Source: Salisapilia sapeloensis CBS 127946 (Eukaryota; Protista; Oomycota). Taken from it: a stretch of DNA of 64,000 nucleotides. This document shows positions 57,946 to 64,000 of the stretch, piece after piece. Position numbers and translations under genes: made by a program. Within the stretch, counting starts at the first letter, position 1. Each line of letters opens with the position of its first letter. Below the pieces are notes generated by a model that was not told the DNA's origin, made no database searches, and saw nothing but the letters and a program-made list of their open reading frames with translations. The stretch spans positions 1 through 64,000 of the forward strand of contig JAADVB010000040.1 in the NCBI GenBank assembly GCA_023334545.1, written 5' to 3'.

Positions 57946-59199
57946 ATGGCTCCGAATAACGAGTGGCAGGTTTCTGCTTCAGAATACGCCGTGTCTATCT
58001 CCAACCCAATTCGCAGTGTCATCGAAGGTATCAAGATGCCAGAGAACCCAGGAAAGAAGCTCATCCCGTTGTCCATTGGCGATCCAACGGTGTATGGTAA
58101 CCTCAAGGCTCCAGCAGTCGTTCAGAATGCCATTACGGCCAATGTCCAAACGTTCAAGTACAACGGATACCAGCATAGCACTGGTAACCCTGCGGCGCGA
58201 GAAGCCATTGCAAAGTACCACAGCTCTGGTCACTCGTCCATCTCGAAGGAAGATGTTTTTATCACGACCGGATGTGCTGGCGCGTTGGACATGATCATTC
58301 GAGGCATGATCAACGCTGGTGACAACATCCTCTTGCCGCAGCCTGGCTTTCCTCTATATGAGTCGATCAGCAAGTCTGCCCACATCGAAGCTCGGTACTA
58401 CAAGTTGCTTCCAGAGAGTAACTGGGAGTGTGACTTGGACCACATGACGAGTCTCATTGACAGCAAGACCAAGGCCATTCTCATCACGAATCCATCCAAC
58501 CCTTGTGGAAGTGTCTTCACGAAAGAACACTTGTACGAGCTTCTGGCACTAGCTGAAAAGCACAAGGTTCCGATTATCGCGGACGAAATCTACGGCGACA
58601 TGACCTTTGGCGACAGCGTCTTCTACCCTATCGCCTCTCTCTCCGAGCGCGTGCCAGTCATCACCGTTAGTGGACTAGCAAAGCACTACCTTGTGCCTGG
58701 CTGGCGAGTCGGTTGGATCGTCTTCCATGACCCCGTCAACGTCTTCGCGGACCTGAAACAAGGCTTGGGAAATATCGCGATGATTACATTCGGAGCCAAT
58801 TCCTTGGCCCAAAGTATCATCCCGTCTCTCTTGACACCTGAACCTGGCAGCAAGGCCGAAGCTCAGCTCCGGCACTTTAAGAAAGAGTACTTTGGATCGT
58901 TGGAAGAGAACGCCAAGTTCACGATGGAGGTCGTGAAAGACATTCCTGGTTTGGAAGTCGTACCACCTCAAGGCGCCATGTATGCCCTCGTGAAGCTGGA
59001 TGTGACCAAGTTTAAAGACATTGAGAACGACATGGAGTTTACGCAAAAGCTCTTGAACGAAGAGTCTGTCCTCGTTCTCCCTGGCAAGTGCTTTGAACTG
59101 CCCAACTACTTCCGATCGATCACGTGCCCACCAAAGCAGATACTAAACGAAGCATACGGACGCATGCGTTCGTTCTGCAAGCGTCACTCGATCGAGTAA
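57946..59199 (+). CDS. TAT: Tyrosine aminotransferase-like PLP enzyme, copy 2, intronless, ~417 aa
   Basis: Motifs: SNPIR, LSIGDPT, TNPSNPCGSV, ADEIY, SGLAKHYLVPGWRVGW. Clearly paralogous to 54652-55985 along its whole length. Confidence 0.93.
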   Translation: MAPNNEWQVSASEYAVSISNPIRSVIEGIKMPENPGKKLIPLSIGDPTVYGNLKAPAVVQNAITANVQTFKYNGYQHSTGNPAAREAIAKYHSSGHSSISKEDVFITTGCAGALDMIIRGMINAGDNILLPQPGFPLYESISKSAHIEARYYKLLPESNWECDLDHMTSLIDSKTKAILITNPSNPCGSVFTKEHLYELLALAEKHKVPIIADEIYGDMTFGDSVFYPIASLSERVPVITVSGLAKHYLVPGWRVGWIVFHDPVNVFADLKQGLGNIAMITFGANSLAQSIIPSLLTPEPGSKAEAQLRHFKKEYFGSLEENAKFTMEVVKDIPGLEVVPPQGAMYALVKLDVTKFKDIENDMEFTQKLLNEESVLVLPGKCFELPNYFRSITCPPKQILNEAYGRMRSFCKRHSIE

Positions 59200-59372
59200 G
59201 CCACACTAGTATCGTCGTAAGTGCTTTATTGAATATCAGTTTCATTTTTATCGTACACTCTTCTTGTCCGCCGATATCATCTCCCTGTTGACACATGCAT
59301 CGATATAAATGTAGAGCAGATATTACATGTACTTGATCAAGACGACAACCATGTAAAGTTCAAAACCCTAAA

Positions 59373-60866
59373 TTAATGTGCGTCAGTCGTTTGTTGATAC
59401 GCATTCGCAGCGTTCTCTTTCCTCATCTGCAGCCTCTTACGTTGTTGATACCACAATCCGACGCCCGTCAGAACGAGCGTCACGACGCTCACGACCGCAG
59501 CGAGCGAGATCCAGCCCGTTACACTAAGACCGACAAACAGCTTACTCCCGCCACCGTCCACTTCCGTCGTATCAGCGACACCAGCTTTGGCACCCGTCGG
59601 GATGACTGGGAAGACGTTCAGTCCGCAGTTGAGCTTGTCGTCCATGAGGAGTTTCAAGAAGCCCTTGTCTCCCCACGACGAAGAGTACGAGTTCTTGATG
59701 ATCCAGTAGTCGCCCGCCTTGCTGTCCGTACCGTAGCCGACGAGGACAAGGGCGTGGTTAATGTCCGACTTGGACGTCAAGTCGCCGTCGTTTGGGCAGC
59801 TGTAGAGGCCACCTGCATAGTCCTTGAAGCTTCCACCAGAGTTCATAGCCACCGCGATAGGCTGCTTCTTCAACGCGCTCTTCAATAGGTCCACAGCGCT
59901 GCTGCCAGAGGTACAGTCGACCCCCATGGCTTGCTCATACCCACTGATACTAGCAGCAGTCTTGTTCTTTGGTGTAGTGGAACAAGTAGCGTTGTCTGCA
60001 CCAGTGGAGCCGCTTTCGTCGTCGTAGGGAAGGTCAAGCATGGTCACGAGACCCATGTGATCCTGTGCGGCGTCCATGAACGCTCCGTGGGTCATGCCGC
60101 CGTTGCAGCCATTGTTCTTGCTCGACCAGACCATCTTGTCTTTGATCCAACTCGCACCGACGTCACCTTGAAGCCAACAGTACTCGAACGTCTGCTCCGT
60201 CTGACGGTGACTGCAGGAGAGGAACTGCTGCGGAGACAAGGCGACAGCATGTTTCTGATCCTCATTGATCGCCACGGCAGCTTCGATGGCGTCAGCTGCA
60301 GCGAATGCCCAGCAACTACCACAGTTCTCCTGACTCTTCACTGCGGAGCATACGCTATGTCCCTTTGGGTTGTTCTCGTCGCACCAGTTGAAAGAGGACG
60401 CATCGTCGCTCGAGCCAGAGGAGACAGTCCCACTGCCTCCTGTCGTGCTGCCGGTAGAGGAGGACGTCTGGAGTCGACGTCGTTCTCTCGCTCGCACTTC
60501 CTGCTGGACAAAGAGTTCTGGTAGGAGCTCTCGGCTGCTCTTCTCCTGCAAGTGTCGGTGATTGACACCGACGTCGTAGGAAAAGGTATGACCGAGTCGA
60601 TCAGCGTGCTTGCGGACAGTTTCCATGTACTCCATGTGCTCCTCCAAATTTCGCCTCGCTTCCTCCTTGAGGACGGGCTCTAGATCGCTCGTATCGACCA
60701 TGACTTCCTGCAAATCCCGTGTTTCGAGCAACTCGCCATTGGGTCCAGCCCAGAGGCATGGTGCGTCGTATGCGGCCTGTGGACACGACACGAGCGTACC
60801 GAAGGACTTGGTGGTGTCTGCCGCCACTGTCGCCGCGGCTGCCGCTGCTAGTATAAACGATCGCAT
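59373..60866 (-). CDS. Papain-family (C1A) cysteine protease with signal peptide and C-terminal TM helix, 497 aa
   Basis: Signal peptide MRSFILAAAAAATVAA; catalytic motifs QENCGSCWAFA, INHALVLVGYG and YWIIKNSY; TM WISLAAVVSVVTLVLTGVGLWY followed by a basic stretch. Confidence 0.93.
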   Translation of the reverse strand: MRSFILAAAAAATVAADTTKSFGTLVSCPQAAYDAPCLWAGPNGELLETRDLQEVMVDTSDLEPVLKEEARRNLEEHMEYMETVRKHADRLGHTFSYDVGVNHRHLQEKSSRELLPELFVQQEVRARERRRLQTSSSTGSTTGGSGTVSSGSSDDASSFNWCDENNPKGHSVCSAVKSQENCGSCWAFAAADAIEAAVAINEDQKHAVALSPQQFLSCSHRQTEQTFEYCWLQGDVGASWIKDKMVWSSKNNGCNGGMTHGAFMDAAQDHMGLVTMLDLPYDDESGSTGADNATCSTTPKNKTAASISGYEQAMGVDCTSGSSAVDLLKSALKKQPIAVAMNSGGSFKDYAGGLYSCPNDGDLTSKSDINHALVLVGYGTDSKAGDYWIIKNSYSSSWGDKGFLKLLMDDKLNCGLNVFPVIPTGAKAGVADTTEVDGGGSKLFVGLSVTGWISLAAVVSVVTLVLTGVGLWYQQRKRLQMRKENAANAYQQTTDAH

Positions 60867-60880
60867 GCCTCGTGTGTCTT

Positions 60881-60889
60881 GAAATGAGC
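60881..60889 (-). promoter_or_regulatory. Inr element of the cysteine protease gene
   Basis: GCTCATTTC on the minus strand, 15 nt upstream of ATG 60866. No clear FPR. Confidence 0.45.
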
Positions 60890-61185
60890 TCGAGTGTCCG
60901 ATGGTAAGTAGTGTCGTACGATGGTGCGAGGAATATCCGGTTTAGCAGCCAGTGGTATACAAATTTCAAGTCGATCGTGGAAGAATGTGATTGCGATGGT
61001 TTAGGAGGGTGGAAATGGTCTGTTTGTCTCGACTCTTTCGCATGGATTTTGTAGAGAATTTTGAGATGTACATGCATCTAGTATCTACTTGATAAGAAGG
61101 AAGGACATCTAGTACAAGTGATAAAAGGGAGGAAATGTAGAATATTGGAAATCCAATTGTTACTAGCGAAGAAGAGCAGGTCGGA

Positions 61186-61707
61186 ATGTACGTTGATAAA
61201 GAAGCGTATGCTCGCTTTGAGGACCATGATGGTCGAGAGACAAGTGTGAGCTGCATCGTCAACGTGTCGGCTGCCAAGGCCATGGAAGCGTGGTATGAGC
61301 ACTGCTGGTTGGCGAACGCGACGGAGGAGCTTCGTCCTGGCAAAGGAAGGGGCGGTCTCGGCTCGTTGCGTCAAGTACCACTAGGCATCACGGAACAGAT
61401 TTTGGCGGTGGGAGCCCCAGAAGACTCGACAAGTATGGACGCGAACAGCAAGGACGAAGTATACACAGTGCTGTACAAGATGGTAGACTATGGCGTGGCT
61501 CCGGTACAAAACCACTTGGGTTTCGTGCGCTTCGTGCCGGACTTGTCTGCGCCGGTGGAGCGACCGACGACGTTGGTGCTGTGGTCATTCAAAAACACAC
61601 CAACGCGATTCGGTGCGTTTTGTTGTGGAGGTGCATTGTGGCGCTTGATCTCCCGAAGTGCGCTCCAAAAGTTCCTAAAGGACCTCGTGGCAGCGACTAA
61701 GAAGTAA
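61186..61707 (+). CDS. SRPBCC/START-fold (polyketide cyclase-dehydrase-like) protein, copy 1, 173 aa
   Basis: GKGRGGLGSLRQVPLGITEQIL, VLYKM, APVQNHLGFVRF and TLVLWSF fit the helix-grip strand pattern; ends in a C-terminal helix. Confidence 0.72.
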   Translation: MYVDKEAYARFEDHDGRETSVSCIVNVSAAKAMEAWYEHCWLANATEELRPGKGRGGLGSLRQVPLGITEQILAVGAPEDSTSMDANSKDEVYTVLYKMVDYGVAPVQNHLGFVRFVPDLSAPVERPTTLVLWSFKNTPTRFGAFCCGGALWRLISRSALQKFLKDLVAATKK

Positions 61708-61887
61708 AGATCGAATAGAAGAGGTGCGTTTCCACTGCAGTTAACGAGTACGAGGTAGATTCAGGAAGTTTTAGGTAGAAGATCATAGTACAGGGGTATT
61801 TGCCAACGTACACGCAGCGTGCAAATCACGACGGAATCCTCCATATGTGTTTATCCTCCATCTATTCGTGAATCTATAACTCTCGAC

Positions 61888-62394
61888 ATGGACGACAGGT
61901 CTCGGTACGTGGATCCCGACTCGTTCGAGCGGTTTAGTAGTTACGAGGGGAAAGAGGAAAGCGTCGAGCGTGTTGTACCTCTCACTGTGCCAGAGGCCTT
62001 TGATGCGTGGATTCAATGCTGCTGGATCGATCCATCCGTGTCCACCTTGGATAATGGGGAAGGGCGAGGACATGTCGGCCATCACCGTAAAGTCCCGCTA
62101 GGCATCACCGAGCAGATCCTCGCTGCCGGAGCTCCTGCCACGACTACCTCTCCCGATGCTATCTGTAGCATCCTGTACCAAGTTCAGACGTACTCGATCG
62201 CTCCGATGGAACGTCATCTAGGCTTTGTTCGGTTCATCCCGGACACATCCGTTCCATCGGACGCACCCAAGACTCTAGTCGTCTGGACATACAAATGCTC
62301 TCCTACTGGAGTCTGCAAATACTGCTGTGGCGGTGCACTATGGCGCTACATCTGCTCGACATCTCTACGTCAATATCTCAATCGATTAAAATGA
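61888..62394 (+). CDS. SRPBCC/START-fold protein, copy 2, ~168 aa
   Basis: Tandem paralog of 61186-61707 (YVD...RF...GxExSV, VPLGITEQILA, HLGFVRF, CCGGALWR). ATG 61888 matches the start of copy 1. Confidence 0.72.
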   Translation: MDDRSRYVDPDSFERFSSYEGKEESVERVVPLTVPEAFDAWIQCCWIDPSVSTLDNGEGRGHVGHHRKVPLGITEQILAAGAPATTTSPDAICSILYQVQTYSIAPMERHLGFVRFIPDTSVPSDAPKTLVVWTYKCSPTGVCKYCCGGALWRYICSTSLRQYLNRLK

Positions 62395-62441
62395 AAGGAA
62401 TGAAACGTGTATTTGATTGTTGATGGAACAAGTATTCAAAG

Positions 62442-64000
62442 CTAAAAGTCTTGCTCTCCATTGTTCCCATTCGTTCGACTCGCATTGCGTTGGTTCAAAC
62501 CATTCGTCTCGTCCGGACGTTGCATCGTACTTGTGTCCGTCGCAGTCATGGTCGGTGCTGGCATCGGCTCCTCATGCGATCGATGGCGGACTTCATTATC
62601 GAATTCTTTATTTACGCTCTTCTTCCGCATGGCAACGACACCAAGCGCGATGAATACGAGCAACATAAAGCCAAGGAAGCCGCCTACCACTGCAAAGATG
62701 ACAGGAGGAGCGCTAGAGGAGCTTGTCAGCGTATTACAGACGCTCAGGTCTTTAACGGTGCAGGAGGCACCAGTGTAGCATCCGAGACACTGACATGCCA
62801 TCTCACCATCCTGCTCCAGACACTGTCCGTTCTCGCCACAATCGGCCGATGTCTTACAAGCGTTGCCACCCGACTTAACTTCAAAGTTGTCACCACAGAT
62901 ATCCTTTTGACTGGTACCAACCGTACTAGAGACCTTGACATCACACGTCGCGCCATCATCCGTACAGACGACGCCTTCTCGACTAGATGTCGTCCACACG
63001 TCTCCCTTATTCACAATGAGGCTCTTGTCCGTGCAAGAGTCAATGAACCACCCGTAGTCATTCGCACGTTCATTAATGTCCGTGATTTTGCCAGTCACCT
63101 CCGGTGACCATTTGCACTTGGTACTATCCGTCCACTTGGCTTTTTCCTTCGGGACCGAATACTTTTTAAATTGATCTTTGAGGTTTTCAAAGTCCGGCGT
63201 CGACTTGTCACTTGGTTTGCCTAGAAAGTCGGTGCTACCACCCGTAAGCATCGGATAGAGCGAGGCTTCCGACAGTTTCGCTTGACCGAACGAATATGCC
63301 ATGCCTCCGGAAAAGATGTCTGAAAAGTCTTTGGATTCGGAAGGACTGTCGTACAAGTACTCGACCATGCCCCAGTCTCTCGTCGTCGCCTTATCCTCCT
63401 TGCATCCGTACTCGCCAAAGCCAATGACGATCGGAATGCCTTGCGCCATGTTATAGAAACGCTCGTACGCTTCGGCGTAAGTGGATTTGGGACACCAACG
63501 GTACTCGTTGATGAGGTAGATGTCGATGGATTGTTGCATCGTCCCGTCCTTCATCTTATCTCCACATAAGAGTCCTTGGATCTTCAGCGTGTGGTACTCA
63601 TCTGCATCGGGAATATCTGACCCATAGGCACTATCGGCCGCAGCGTACGCAAGTGGTAGGACACGAATTCGATCTCCGTTGACGGCCATCCAGTTCTTCA
63701 GATCTGCTACATACTGCTTGACACATGCGGCTGCAGTGACGCCTTCCTGCATGATTTCATTGGCAACGACGATACCTAAAGTGTTGTCGTACTGGGCAAA
63801 GTTTTTCGCAATCTTCTTGCCATACTCGAGCAGTAGCGCAGGGTAGCACGTCTCTGTTTGATCTGTCGTCTTCACGCCGTCGTTGGATGAAACCTGTCCG
63901 TCCGGTCCGAGCTTCTTGGTGATGGTCGAGTACCTGTACTTGCCATAATACTTGTCGTTATCGGGAGATCCGGACACGAGGACGTAGACACCCATGGCTT
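62442..64000 (-). CDS. GH72 1,3-beta-glucanosyltransferase (Gas/Gel family) with EGF-like module and TM helix; 5' end outside window
   Basis: The frame is open to the window edge. GH72 motifs: YDNTLGIVVANEI (acid/base), LPLAYAAAD, INEYRWC, GFGEYGC (nucleophile), FSGGMAYSF. EGF-like CKTSADCGENGQC...CQCLGCYTGASC; TM PPVIFAVVGGFLGFMLLVFIALGVV. Confidence 0.9.
   Translation of the reverse strand, partial: AMGVYVLVSGSPDNDKYYGKYRYSTITKKLGPDGQVSSNDGVKTTDQTETCYPALLLEYGKKIAKNFAQYDNTLGIVVANEIMQEGVTAAACVKQYVADLKNWMAVNGDRIRVLPLAYAAADSAYGSDIPDADEYHTLKIQGLLCGDKMKDGTMQQSIDIYLINEYRWCPKSTYAEAYERFYNMAQGIPIVIGFGEYGCKEDKATTRDWGMVEYLYDSPSESKDFSDIFSGGMAYSFGQAKLSEASLYPMLTGGSTDFLGKPSDKSTPDFENLKDQFKKYSVPKEKAKWTDSTKCKWSPEVTGKITDINERANDYGWFIDSCTDKSLIVNKGDVWTTSSREGVVCTDDGATCDVKVSSTVGTSQKDICGDNFEVKSGGNACKTSADCGENGQCLEQDGEMACQCLGCYTGASCTVKDLSVCNTLTSSSSAPPVIFAVVGGFLGFMLLVFIALGVVAMRKKSVNKEFDNEVRHRSHEEPMPAPTMTATDTSTMQRPDETNGLNQRNASRTNGNNGEQDF

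Noticed and set aside
1-64000. CRISPR arrays, rRNA/tRNA genes, transposons and prokaryote-type defence systems
   Set aside because: No spaced direct-repeat arrays, cloverleaf or rRNA signatures, RT/integrase/transposase ORFs or terminal repeats were seen. The sequence is spliced eukaryotic DNA.

Overview
Gene-dense eukaryotic nuclear DNA, most likely from an oomycete. This rests on Inr/FPR core-promoter motifs upstream of several genes, short GT-AG introns of about 50-90 nt, a GH72 glucanosyltransferase and an HRDLSLEN kinase. I reconstructed about 23 protein-coding genes, many by joining ORF-track fragments across introns. The window is dominated by a ~6525-aa HERC-like HECT ubiquitin ligase with a single 19.2-kb exon. 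The most notable items are: (1) a 5-exon ankyrin + B-box + TPR + RGS protein whose RGS domain appears only after splicing; (2) a 3-exon Myb microgene just upstream of it, which could splice in frame into it; (3) a DEP domain fused to a SelJ/J1-crystallin-like ADP-ribosylglycohydrolase fold; (4) a hidden, decayed copy of the neighbouring papain-like protease, with TGA at the catalytic Cys codon, flanking a TAT-JmjC-TAT cluster; and (5) a Trm10 with an N-terminal hydrophobic anchor. I found no rRNA, tRNA, CRISPR array or recognisable transposon. All domain calls come from motif recognition by eye; no database search was run. I cannot show a wholly new system. The best candidates are novel domain architectures that need HMM and RNA-seq checks.
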